DNA of 64,000 nucleotides. Origin: Chiloscyllium plagiosum (lineage: Eukaryota). The stretch spans positions 2,539,679-2,603,678 of the forward strand of contig NC_057759.1 in the NCBI RefSeq assembly GCF_004010195.1, given 5' to 3'. Positions 1 through 11,568 of the stretch are shown one piece after another. Position 1 is the first letter of the stretch. The number at the start of each line of letters is the position of its first letter. A program made the translations under genes and the position numbers. The notes under the pieces were generated by a model that worked only from the letters and a program-made list of their open reading frames with translations, searched no databases and was not told where the DNA came from.

Positions 1-160
1 CCTCCACTGTTTCCCTTGTCCCCCCACTCTACACCTCTCCCCTGTTCCCTAGACCCCCTCCCTCTGTCCCCTCCCCTGTTTCCCCAAACTCTTACTCTAT
101 CCCCTCCACTGTTTTTACTCCTCACTCTGTCCTCCCCTCATTTCCTCTCAGGTTCTCTCC
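1..160. repeat. Pyrimidine-rich low-complexity repeat
   Basis: Repeated cccctc/ctgtcc/ctgttt motifs. Confidence 0.7.
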
Positions 161-164
161 ATTC

Positions 165-410
165 TAGAGACTTCAAAATTGAGGGCATAAGATGGGTGGT
201 GCATAGATGGAACGAATAGCCAGAGGAAGTCATGCAGGCGGGTATGGCTACAACATTTAAGAGACATTTGGACAGGTACATGCATAGGAAAGGTTTAGGG
301 GGATATGGGTGAACTGCAGACAAATGGAGCTGGTTCAGTTGAGGAAGTCTGGTCAACATGGATGAGTTGGGCTGACGTGTCTATTTCAGTGATGTATGAC
401 TCTATGACTC
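165..410 (+). mobile_element. CR1 (HER1-type) LINE 3' end
   Basis: acatttaagagacatttggacaggtacatg...ggatgagttgggctga..., ending in the tatgactctatgactc tail shared by many copies in this window. Confidence 0.8.
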
Positions 411-802
411 GATAATCAGGGAATTCATGCTGTCTTTGCCAGCAATGCCCTACATCCTTTGCCTGAATGAGGAGCCACGGTGTTGAGAAAACCGATGACT
501 CATTCACAGTCTTTGTTTGCTCCAATCTTTAACAATCCATCGGCTCGTCCTGCTGTTCCTTTCAAATATACATGGCACCTGTTGACCAAAACCTTCAGCA
601 TTCACACTGTCGTTGTCCCTGATGATGTTTATCGGTTTGTAATTAGACCTACACTTTTCCTTTCTTGGTAGGCAACAGTTTACAGATCAGTACGAGGCGG
701 TTTTAAAATATTAAAATCTACAACAAAGCCTGCATTTTCATAAGCCAATCCCTTAAATGTTGCCGTGGTATTTTAACTACCTCCGGACTGAGTGGCCAAC
801 TT

Positions 803-1135
803 TTCTTTTATTCAGTGGAGGAGGGCATGACCGAATAGGCCAGCATTTATTGTCCATTCCTAATGTCTCAGAGGGTACTTAAGATTCAACCACATTGCTG
901 TGGGTCTGGGGACACATGTAGACCTGATCAGGTAAGGATGGCAGGTTCCTTCCCTCAAGGACATTGGTGAACCAGATGGGTTTAATGGACAATCGAGTCA
1001 CGTTCAGTATCAGCGGTGTAATTCCAGAATGTTGTTGAATTTGAATTCCCCCATCTACCGTGATGGGATTCACACCGGGTCCCCAGAATATTACCGAGGT
1101 CTTTGGGTTAACAGTCCACTGATAAAACCAACAGG
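803..1135 (-). mobile_element. DeuSINE/SacSINE-like tRNA-derived SINE
   Basis: Core caaccacattgctgtgggtctgg...ggtaaggatggcag...ttccttccct recurs at about 36560 and 45170. It has a tRNA-like head and a LINE-type tail. Confidence 0.7.
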
Positions 1136-1970
1136 TAACCTATGCTCTTTTCTAAGTTGAAGTCTGCTGCTTTGGAAGTGTTTGACATCCCAACCCATTT
1201 TTTTGTGGCGTTTCCAAAGCATCGATCGTGAGAGAAATCTCATACATTCCCACAATGGGGTTCGAAATCTCAGAAAGATAGGAAAGGCTTCCAGCAGATT
1301 GTCGGTCTACGCTTTTCCTTAGAGACTCCCTGTCAGTCGTGTCTCCTCCATCCGGGTCGTCAATGGCTTGTGGCTTAGTGTCCATTCCGTCTGTGCGGTC
1401 AGAAGTTGCTAGTTGAAGCCTCACGCCGAGGGACACTTTCACTCTGAAAAGTAACCATTGAAATTGCCTGGTTTCTGTTAAAGTAACTCCTGCCCGTCAG
1501 ATCTGTCAGACACGTCCTGTTCAAAGTTAGTCAGAATCAGAGAGGTTCCTTATCGTCCATTCATTGAAAGGGGCAAGGGATGTATTCCTTCCCTTATACT
1601 TGGACCTACGCTCAATTTTCAGATAAGTACATGAGAGCGAAGGAGAGGCAGTATTAAAGTTCTAAAAAGCACTAGCAGCCTAAAGAGTTTGGTAAATTCA
1701 AAACCAAGCACGTGCGAGGTCCAGAAAAGATTGACAATCGCAGTCACGTGAAAAAAGCTTCCCCAGAAGAAAATGAGTGGCATCAAATGCCGTGTGAAAC
1801 AAGTTTTCTTTCATAACGTTCACAAGTTTGTTAACTATACACAAGAGTTATATTGTACCTCTTCACCGCACAGTTGATAGTGTTGAACGAAGCCCACCCC
1901 TCCTCCCCGTCTGTCTTATTGCATTTTACTTGCGTGGATTATTCTCGCAAAAGTTTTCATCTTCTCCATC

Positions 1971-2045
1971 TTATTTCTGCGATGGCTCACTGAGGTTCAG
2001 TGTGCCGTATGTGACAAAATAATCATCTGGGTCAGTCTTGGCATC
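1971..2045 (-). pseudogene. Terminal coding exon with ITIM (DAKTDPDDYFVTYGTLNLSEPSQK*)
   Basis: tctttcaattgcag|GAT...AAA TAA. VTYGTL fits the ITIM consensus V/I/L/S-x-Y-x-x-L/V. Confidence 0.7.
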
Positions 2046-2849
2046 CTGCAATTGAAAGATATCGGAATGAAACTGGAAACGAGTGGGAGCAGGAAGCTGA
2101 AGAGAAGGGAAAGATCTGTTGCGAAGCAGTTAGCATCGCGTATCTGGGGAAAATGGGAATGACCAGCAGACGTTCAGGTATTGAGAGTTCGAAATCTGGT
2201 GACACAGTGTTAATGTCCCTACCTCGCAGCCAGTAGGCCAGGGTTCAAGTCCCACACGCTCCTGCGGTGTGCGATAAACACTATAAAAAGCAGGAAGATG
2301 ATGTTGAGTGGGACAGGACTTTGTTGAGGTCACAGCTGGAGCACTGCATGCAATTACACACTCCACACTATAGGAAGGATATGATTGCATTGGAGGGGTG
2401 CAGAGGAGATTCATGAAGATACTCCCTGGGATGGAGCATTTCAGCGATGAAGAGAAGCTAGATAAGCTCGGCTTGTTTACTTTGGAGCAGAGAAGTCGAA
2501 TGTGGTTTTGATTTTTTTGCCATCCACTTATGGGATGGCAGCATCCCTGGCTGGGCCAGAATTTTGTTGCCCACTTTCTAGTTGCTCCCTTGAAAATACG
2601 ATGGTGAGCTGCATTCCTGAGCCACTGTAGTTCCCGTGTTGTAGGTGGACTCACAACTCACTTAGGGAGGGAATTCCAGCATTTCGACCCCGTGACACTG
2701 AAGGAATGGCTGATGTTTTTCCAAAGGATTGCGATTGGCTCAAAGCGGATCTCACAAGGGTAGTATTCCCATCTGCAGCTCTTGTGCGTCCACATTGAAG
2801 TAGTGTTACTGCTGCGACCCTTTGGGTACAAATGATAATGGACAATTGT

Positions 2850-3745
2850 ACGTGGAATGATACAGAGTGAATGGGCTATCGCATTGAGAAAGGGTGGCTG
2901 ATGATTTCCCACTGTGCTTAAAGGCAGACACAGAGTTGGGTGGAAGGGGAGTTGTGAAGGAAGATTCAGAGATTTTTCAGTATGATTTAGACAAGTTGAG
3001 CAATTGAGCCAAAGCATGGCAGATGCAGTTTAATGTACATCAGCATGAGGTTATTCAGTTGAGAGCAAAAACGATAAGGTGGATTATTATCTGAAGGACA
3101 ATGACTGGGAAAGGGGAGAAGTGCAGTCAGTTGCTGAAAGTGAACACTACAGGAGCAGCAGGCGGTCAACAAGTTAAATGGGATGTTGGCCTTCATAGTG
3201 AGAGGATTCTCACTATGATGTGGGATGATTTGCTGCAATTGGACGGGGTGGTATGTTACCCTAAATTGTTGTCTGTGCAGTGTGGGTTCACCTTATTTGA
3301 GGAAGAACATCCTGGCTATGGATGGTGTTTCCTAGATTGAGTCCTGAGATGGCAGGACCAACGGATGGAGTTTAGAAGAATGAGGGGAAATCAAATAGAA
3401 ATCTGTAAAACGCTAAGAGGACTAAAGAGGGTAAACACAAGAAGGATGTCCCCGATGAACAAAAGGGAATACAGAACCAGGGAGTAACACTCTAAAGGAG
3501 ACAGGGTAGGACTGAGACGTGGAGAAATGTCTTCACCTGGAGAGTGAGGAACCTGTGGAATTCCTGCTGCAGAAAGTGGTCGGCGTCAGGAGGCTGAATG
3601 TTTTTTCAAGAAGGACTGCTTAGGGGTAAAGGGAGAGCGTGGGGGAAGAGGGGCAGGGGAGTGAGTTGGATGATCCTATTGAATAGGGAGAGTAGGCTGG
3701 AAGGGCTGAGAGGATTACTCCTGCTCCGACTTTCTAACGTGTATA
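2850..3745 (+). mobile_element. Decayed CR1-group LINE 3' fragment
   Basis: Degenerate RT C-terminal region (W..WQMQFN, VQ.W.P.L) plus the 3' UTR ending actcctgctcc. Confidence 0.7.
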
Positions 3746-3811
3746 CTTCGATTGGTCTGATAAGAATCAACAGTTCCCCTTTTACACTGTGGATGCAAGG
3801 TATAAATCTAC

Positions 3812-3848
3812 CTGCACTTTCTGCGGCAATAGCCATAGCCTATTTCGA
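3812..3848 (-). pseudogene. Candidate cytoplasmic exon, 37 nt, phase 2-0 (RNRLWLLPQKVQ)
   Basis: acattttcag|TCGAAAT...GTGCAG|gtagat. It joins the phase-0 ITIM exon in frame. Confidence 0.45.
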
Positions 3849-3966
3849 CTGAAAATGTAACATTCCTTCTTCCTATCAGAGGAGAAACCAACATTTGCCT
3901 AAAAACTATAACAGAATGAGCTGCGAAGGAACACTTTGCAGACATTAAGAATTTGAGCGGACTCAC

Positions 3967-4030
3967 TGAGGGCTTATCAACATCAAAGATGTCGCTGAAT
4001 CTTTCAGCAGCGTAGCTGTGTTTTTGTCAA
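3967..4030 (-). pseudogene. Candidate cytoplasmic exon, 64 nt, phase 1-2
   Basis: Weak acceptor (ttttaaaag) and strong donor (CTCA|gtgagt). It is open (VDKNTATLLKDSATSLMLISP) and phase-compatible with the flanking exons. Confidence 0.3.
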
Positions 4031-4460
4031 CTTTTAAAAGATGTCAGTGCAACTCTTTCTGAATTGACCCTCTCAAACAATCCAGACACTTCAGAATATC
4101 GCATTTAGAAAACTCACTCTGATTAAATCCTTCCAGCTGTATTTTTTTAGGATGCGAGTCAATGTAACACCTTAGGCAGACCTTCTTAATCGCATCAGCC
4201 TTTACATCACTTGCCCGGCTGTTGTACATGAATTAACAGGAGTGAACCATGCAGATGACATACATTGGTGTCTTGGCCGCTGTATGCTGTTAGTTCCAAA
4301 TAGTTCAGTTGGTTGAAGGCTAGCTTTTGTCATGCATTGCATGCAAAACCTTGGGAATAGTGTGTGGATAATTTCCAAACCAGCTGAGTCCCTGAAGGAC
4401 TCTCCTTCTGAGCCTCTCCCTTTCATGGGGCATGATGGCTCCCAAGTTAAACCACCACCC

Positions 4461-4475
4461 TTCTCTCTCTTTTTC

Positions 4476-4508
<33 letters not shown>
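4461..4508. repeat. (CT)n microsatellite
   Basis: Direct reading. Confidence 0.9.
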
Positions 4509-5088
4509 AATGAGGGAGCAGGATGATGGTCTGGCAGAACATTAAAATTTCCTGTGCATTCATCAAGACAAAGACTAGGATGCGTTCTGAGAGACAGATT
4601 TCATTGTTCACCAGGTCAAGTTGAGTTCAAATGTCCCTTATGGGCTTTGACAAGTGTACATGTGATAATTTTCAGTTCATCTTTTTGAGCAAAAAATACC
4701 ATGCAGTGGTTTTATTTTCTCTGTCATCTTCACTCAGTAGATGATAGAATTTGGCAAATTGTCTTGCCTTGAATATTGAGTAACGAAAATAACACTTGCT
4801 TTCTTTCTCTCCACAGATGCTACCAGACCTGCAGAATTTCTCTAGAATTGTCCGAATTTGTTTCAGTTCTCTAGCAACTGCAATTCTTAGTTTTATATGA
4901 AAAATATTTATATCTGCCTCAGTTAGGCGTAAAATGCACTTTCCATTTCCTTTTTCACACACATAATGTTCAAAAATGTAATTGTGAAGCAACCACCATC
5001 GTAACCCACTCAACAACACACACGACTATATCCCTCTCTATTTGATCTGCGTGTTTTTTCCTTGTCACTGATAACATATAAAACATAC

Positions 5089-5112
5089 CTGAAACGTTTG
5101 CCTTTACTCTAT
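5089..5112 (-). pseudogene. Candidate cytoplasmic mini-exon, 24 nt, phase 1-1 (xRVKANVS)
   Basis: tttaatctcctacag|ATAGAGTAAAGGCAAACGTTTCAG|gtatgt, with good sites on both sides. Confidence 0.55.
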
Positions 5113-5944
5113 CTGTAGGAGATTAAAGGTACAGAGAAGTTCAGATCGGGGCTTGTTTCTGATTAGCTGGTTTACTCTCTATTCCTTGTAAATGGTGGAG
5201 AGTTATTTTGGCAAACCCTTTGTACCTTACACTCCAGTCACTAGAAACACTGCAGTATTTATGTGTCCGGAACTGGTCACACACAGAGACATTTCCACAG
5301 CAATCGGGAACACGCTATTGTTGGAGTTGCAATGATTTTCACCCTCTCTCTCTCGCACAATCATAATATTGAGAAGATGAGATTTTGACCAGTCTCCATT
5401 GTCTTCTTGATGGTGACTACTAAATAAACTAAAACCGGATAAAATGCACACAAGAAGCACCCATCGATCAGAAAGCTTCATTATAATGGGCTAAATTTAC
5501 ATGGATTAGATAGATTGATATACGGTGTCAATATCTATACCAGAGAGAGATAGGAGCTTGATTAGTGAGGGGGATCAAGGTTTATGGGGAGAAGAGAGGA
5601 GAATGAGGTTGAGAAACATTCTGCCGTGCTTGAGTGGCAGAGCTGACTGGATGAACTGAATGGCCGAATTCTGCTCCTCTATCTTATGGCCCTATCCAGA
5701 CAAACATATAAACATGCATAACGATAGATAACATTAGTGATAACTACGTTAGTTCCGACCACTCGAAGGCTATGGTAGAGGAAATGTGCTGCTCTCCATT
5801 ATCCTTAGCTCGAAGCACTTGTGTGTCTCAGGAACCGGATCTTTGCAGTATTCGCTCATTGTAACCAATGTCTGTTGGATTTCCCAACACCAGAGTACTG
5901 CAACGTCAGTTTCTAATGTTACTTAAGGTAATTCAACTCCAAAT

Positions 5945-6440
5945 TCTTCTGCACCATCTATAAGGCACAAGTCAAGAATGTGATGGAATGCTCCTCACTT
6001 GCCTGAATGAATGGAGACTCAAATAACACTCAAGACACCATCCAGGACAAATCAGCCCACTTCGTTGGAACTCCCTCCACCAATGACGTTCAGTAGCAGC
6101 AGTGTGTACTACCTTCGAGATGAACTGCAGAAATTTAGCAAAGATCCTCAGACATCACCTGAGATCCCCACAAATACTTCCATCTAAAAAGACAAGGCAG
6201 GTAACAGATATATATGCAAACACCATCAACTCCAAGTCACTCACCATGGAAATATATCGTCATTCATTCATAGTCGCTTGGTCATAATCATGACTTTCCC
6301 TTCCTAATGGCATTGTGGGTCACCCCACAGCAGGTGGACTACAGCGGTTCAAGAAAGTATCTCATCATCACCTTCTTCAATGAATCTAGGGACAAGCATT
6401 AAATGCTGGGCCCAGCCAGTGCCGCCCACAAAGTGAATTT
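5945..6440 (+). mobile_element. L2/CR1-group LINE 3' fragment
   Basis: ccatctataaggcacaagtcaagaatgtgatggaa...cagcggttcaagaa...aaatgctgggcccagccag. Homologous copies lie at 7945-8560, 17060-17960 and 20215-20740. Confidence 0.75.
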
Positions 6441-7099
6441 TAAATATAAATACATAACTTGAGATAAAATAAACTTTGGTGAGGCAAGTAAGCCATTCTG
6501 ATGAAGATCCAAGCACAGGATATTAACAGCCGGAGCACTCTGGAAAAGGTAGAGGTCTACAACACAGAAAAAGGCAAATCGACCCATCGAATGTGTGCCA
6601 GTCAAAACCAGGCATCTCACTATTCTCCAGTTACATTTCCTGAGGACTTCGCCCATAGCAAGTGCCAATCTAAATCCTTCGTCATTGTGATGATGGGCAG
6701 TAAGTTCCAGATACCCCACCACACTCTGGGAAAATAATATTTTTCTTCACATCTCCTTTACGTTCAATCTATGCCCCTCCCCCAGTCATTGGTTCCGCGT
6801 TTCAAGGGAAAAAAATGTTTCTTCCTGTTTACCATATCTATGCTTCCTCATTGTTTTATAGATCTCAACAAGAAGGAGTTCATGTCTTGGGTTAAAGGGT
6901 TTGAACGGTACAAGGGAGAAAGCGGGGAACTGGGGACTAAATTGGATGGTCAGCCATGATCCAATCAAGTGGTCGAGGCAGGCTAGAAAGGCCCAATTAC
7001 CTACTCCTGCATTCCAGCTTCTGTATTCCCCCTCAGCCTCTGCAGTTCGAAGGAAAACAGTCGCACTCCAGCCCATCTGATGGCTCAGATGTTTATCCA

Positions 7100-7610
7100 G
7101 AATTTCTATGCTAGAACAGATTGAGGGTAGGAAGAAGAATGTGCTAAAATTTAGAAAAAACGTGGGATACATAAATCCCCTAGTTGGGAAGGCATATATC
7201 CTGTGTTACTACAAGTAGCGAGGGAAGACATTGCTGCTCCATTGGCGATGGAATAGCACCAGATGATTGGAGGGTGGCAAATGCTGGAACGGGAATGGAG
7301 ATAATTCTGGAAATTACAGATCAGTCAGCCTTACGTCAGTGGTGGGCAATGTATTGGAGAGAATTCTGAGACTCAGGATTTATGATTACGTGGAAATCCA
7401 TAGTTTGATTAGAAATAGTCAGCTTGGCTTTGTGAGGGGTGGGCCATACCGCACAAACCTTATTGAATTAATTGAGGATATGAAGAAACATATTGATGAA
7501 GGTAGAGCAATGGCTGTGGTGGGCAAGGACATTAGCAAGGTGTTTGATAAGATTCCCCATTGTAGGCTTGGTCAGAAAATAATGAGGTATGGAATACAGG
7601 GAAAACTGCG
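7100..7610 (+). mobile_element. CR1 ORF2 RT fragment
   Basis: GNYRSVSLTSVVGNVLERIL...SQLGFVRG...SKVFDKIPH. Confidence 0.85.
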
Positions 7611-7614
7611 ATTT

Positions 7615-7940
7615 TTGAGAAGGTTGTAGCTCAGGCTGTTGTTCAGGTTGTAACTTTGCTCATTTAGCTGGTAGGTTTACTCTCAGATGTTCTGACACTA
7701 TACTAGGAAACATCATAAGTGAGCCTCTGGTGACGTGCCGGTGTTCTGTCCCGCTTTCTATTTATGTGTCTTTGTCTGCTAAGGTAGGTGATACCATTTC
7801 CATTTTTTTTAGAAATGTTGGTACATGAGGTCCAATTCGATGTGCTTATTGATGGAGTTCAGTTTGAATATCAGGCCTCTAGGAATTCTAATGCGTGTCT
7901 TTGTTTAGCATATGCTCGGATGGATGGGTTCTCCCGTTGA
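7615..7940 (-). mobile_element. Penelope-like element 3' fragment
   Basis: Translates AKQRHALEFLEA, resembling a GIY-YIG C-terminus, followed by terminal-repeat-like sequence. Confidence 0.55.
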
Positions 7941-7944
7941 ATTG

Positions 7945-8560
7945 GTGTCCTTCTTCGCCAAGCCAAAGTAATACTGTGGCAGCTACAGCAGGTCAGAAAC
8001 TGGGAATCATGCAGGGAACAATTCATCTCCTGATTCCCCAAAGCATGTCCACCACCGACAACGCACAAACAAGAGCGTGATAGAATATTCCTCTGGTTGT
8101 GTGCAAATTCAACAACACTAGAGAAGCTCAACATCATCCAGGGACAAAGCAAACTCCGCTCTAATTGGCATCAACTCCAGAAAAATTAACTCCCATCACC
8201 ACTGACGTTCTATCGCAGCAGTGTGTACCACCCACACGATTCACTGCAGAAATTCACCAAAAACCTGAGACAGCGCCTTTCAAACCGATGGCTGCTTCAA
8301 TCTAGAAGCAAAAGGGCAGCAGATACAGGGAGCACCATTCGCTGTAATTTTTCCTCCGAAACGCTCGCTATCATGACGTGGAAATAAATTGACTATTCCT
8401 TCGCTGTTGCTGGGTCAATATCCTGGAATTCCCTTCCGAAGGGCATCATGAGTCTACCTACATCAAATGGACTGTATCGGTTTGAAAGAGCAGCTCACTT
8501 CCACCTTCTCAAAGGGGCAATTAGGGACAGGGGAGTGGGCAATAAACGTTGGGCTCTGAG
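7945..8560 (+). mobile_element. L2/CR1-group LINE 3' fragment
   Basis: AGQKLGIM...LLIPQSMST plus the same 3' tail as 5945-6440. Confidence 0.75.
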
Positions 8561-9894
8561 TAAAAAAATAACTCTCAGTGACATCAGCATGCCTGTCATC
8601 CTTCACCAACCACTGCACCCTTTTTTTTGTTGTAAGTACAATGTAAGTTCAGTTTGTTCTTAAAAAGGGGAAGTGCGAAACATCCTCAGTAATGCTTAAA
8701 TTGGTGGTTCATGAAATCCCACTGAACAGAGACAGAAGGTAGCCATTTGGAGAAGTCAATCAGCAAACACGTGGTCTGGAGCTCCACGTGACTCCAAACA
8801 CATAAGGAAGTGAATTATTTCGGAATGCTCTGTGAAGGGGTTCAGCAAGACACTCACTTCGCAGAAATTCGTGTTTTTTTGACGAAATTCTCCCCAAATA
8901 ATGATTTTGTCAACAAAACTGCAAAAACACTGCTACTCCCAGACATTCATCCAAACTTGAACAATCAGCTTACTTTTCGGTCGAAACTGGATGAAAGGAA
9001 GGACTGCAGATGCTAGAGATCAGAGTCTAAGTTGGAGTAGGGCTGGAAAAGCACAACAGGTCAGGCAGCATCCGAGGAGCAGGCAAGTCGAAACGCCTGG
9101 CATTCTCTCCACAATCAACATTAATTTGACAATCGATGATATTTTGGTCAGAAGACCAGAGGAGATTGGGACAGAAAATGGTTATGCGTGGCTTTTGGAA
9201 ATTACAGGGAGGAAATCAGTGTGGGTAATGTAGCGCTATATGTGATGGGAAATGTACGACAGCAATAACAGTGATATTGGATCACATGGTGTGGAATCCA
9301 TCATGGGCAGAACAAAGATTACATTCGGAGTTTAGAAGAATGACGGGTTTTGGAATCTCATAGAAACCTATAAAATTCTTAGAGGACTAGACAAGGTAAA
9401 CACAGGAAGAATACTCTTGATGATAGGGTGGGAGGTGGTAGGGGAATCGAGAACCAGGAGATCACAGCCTAAAGGAGACGAGCTCTACTGAGATGGAGAG
9501 AAATGTCTTCATCTAGAGAGTGGGGAACCTGTGGAATTCTCTGTCACAGGAAGTGGTTGGGACCAGAACATTGAATGCTGTTTAGGAACGAGCTAGATAA
9601 AGTTCTTAGGGGTTAGAGAGTGGGAGGGCAGGAACTGAGCTGGATGATCAGTCACGATCCCAGTGAATGATCAGAGCAGCTGAATAGTGCCGAATGACCT
9701 ACTCCTACTCGTATTTTCTATATTCCATGTTAATAGAGTGTCGAGTTGGATGAGCTACCATCGTCATATTGAATGGCATTGCAGACTCGAAGCACTGAGT
9801 GCTCACATATTCCGGGTTCCTACGTTTCGATGTAACATGAAGGTTTAAGACACGGAATGAACTTGTTGACTTTATTTACCAAGTTCCATGTTCC

Positions 9895-10627
9895 CTATTT
9901 ATGGCATTTAATTCAGGAAAATGTGAGCCGTTACATTTTGGTCAGGCAGACCAGGATAGGAATGACATAGTTAATGCTCGGATCCTGAGGAGTGTTATCG
10001 AATATAAAGAACAAGGAATGCAGCAGCAAATCTGGAAAAGTGGTATTGCAGATGCACAGGGCGATGAGGAGCATATTTGGCATGCTTGCCTTCATTAGTC
10101 AGAGCACTGAGTACAGGAGTTGATTTGCCCTGCTCGAGGAAGGATTTTATTAAACTGGAAAGGGTTCAAAAAATTGACAAGGTTGTTAGCGAGACTAGAT
10201 CTTTTGATTGACAACAAGAGGCTAGATAAGCTGGGACTCTTATCCCTGGATTGTAGGAGGCTGAGGTGTGATCACATGGGGATTTATAAAATCATGAAGG
10301 GTATAGAGAAGGTGAATAACCAAAGCATTTTCCTTGGGTAAGGGAGTCTAAAACTAGACGGTACACAGTTTTATGGAGAAAGCGGGAAGGGACCCGAAAG
10401 GCAACGTTTTCACACAGATGTTGCTGTGTATATGAAATGAGCTGCACAGCAAGTGGTAGACGCGGATATAGTTGCAACATTTAAAAGACCTTTTGAGAGG
10501 TGCATGAGTAGGAAAAGTTTAAAAGGATATAGTCCAAATGGAGGCAAATTGGACTAGTTTATTTTGGAAACCTGGTTGGCATGGATGAGTTGGGCCTGTT
10601 TCCATGTTGGATAGCTCTGTGACTCTA
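9895..10627 (+). mobile_element. CR1 LINE 3' fragment
   Basis: MAFNSGKCEPLHFG and RLDKLGLLSLDCRRLRCD.. motifs, with a tgactct tail. Confidence 0.85.
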
Positions 10628-10711
10628 ACGTCCAAGGTTGTGTTGCTTTAATCTAGTGTGGTATTCAAGGTCAAAGCACCAACTTTGTACGTGAGCTGAT
10701 TGTTCAATTAC

Positions 10712-10982
10712 TCTTTGGATGATTTCTACTCCTTCACTGTGTAGAGGTACTGTTGACTCATTCCTCACCGAACAATGGTAAAACCCTTCATCCCTTCTGG
10801 TCATGGCTCAAATGTTGTAAACAAGTTCAGTGCTGTTGGAAACTTCCAATACAATTCCTCGCTTGAGCCCTTGTAGAATTGTAATAAATCGGCAAACAGC
10901 CTTAGGATTAAGGATCCTGTGTTTACTTCGATTAACTCACTTCTGAGTTGAATTATTAGAAATGGTTTTGACACTGGAATTG
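10712..10982 (-). pseudogene. Ig domain exon resembling FCRL D3 or PECAM type, with several frameshifts
   Basis: attttcag| then IPVSKPFLIIQ..ELIE..; in shifted frames GxLPIYY, FYK and SNSTELVYNI*AMTRRDEGFYHCSVRNESTVPLHSEGVEII; then gtaatt. Confidence 0.85.
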
Positions 10983-11455
10983 CTGAAAATATGAACAAAT
11001 GTGAGGTCCCTCTGTTAGGCGTAGTCAATTGCAAACTCAACTATGAATTTCATCAAAGTCACATACATTTTCATGTCCTTCTTTTCATTATTCATGCAGA
11101 GGATGTGGGCATCACTGGGTAGTCAGTCACTTATCTCCGGTCCCTAATGACACAGACGGCAGTTAAGGATTGTAATGCTGGAGTCACATTGATTCCCTTT
11201 TGAACTGAAAATCAGATTCAACCCAACACGAGGTAGGACTCTGACTTCGTAGGGCATAGAACAGTACAGCACAGGAACAAGTCGTTCAGCCGACCATATC
11301 TGTGTACGACCATGCTGTTATTCTATTCTGATCCAATCTGACTGCACATGGTCCATGACTCTCTATTTCTGCCTGTTCATTGTCTGTCTAAATATTTCTT
11401 AAACTCTACTATAGTACATGCTTCTACTTCTTCGTTCCAGGTACCTACCATCAGT

Positions 11456-11568
11456 GGGCGGCACGGTGGCACAGTGGTTAGCAGCGCTTTTTGCGCTTCG
11501 GCGGGTCGGTGTGGACTTGTTGGGCCGAAGGGCCTGTTTCCACACTGTAAAGTAATCTAAAAAAAAAA
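11456..11568 (+). mobile_element. HE1-type SINE, internally deleted, inside a minus-strand CR1 tail
   Basis: Head gggcggcacggtggcacagtggttagca is joined almost directly to the tail gggccgaagggcctgtttccacactgta, then aatct and an A-run. Confidence 0.8.

Noticed and set aside
4672..5019. 115-aa ORF with HYVCEK, resembling a C-type lectin end
   Set aside because: No WIGL or other lectin motifs are present, and part of the ORF is Penelope pLTR sequence.
11469..11475. CACAGTG heptamers as V(D)J recombination signals
   Set aside because: This one is part of the HE1 SINE head. I found no correctly spaced nonamer or V/J segment, and the Ig exons are C2-type rather than rearranging V segments.
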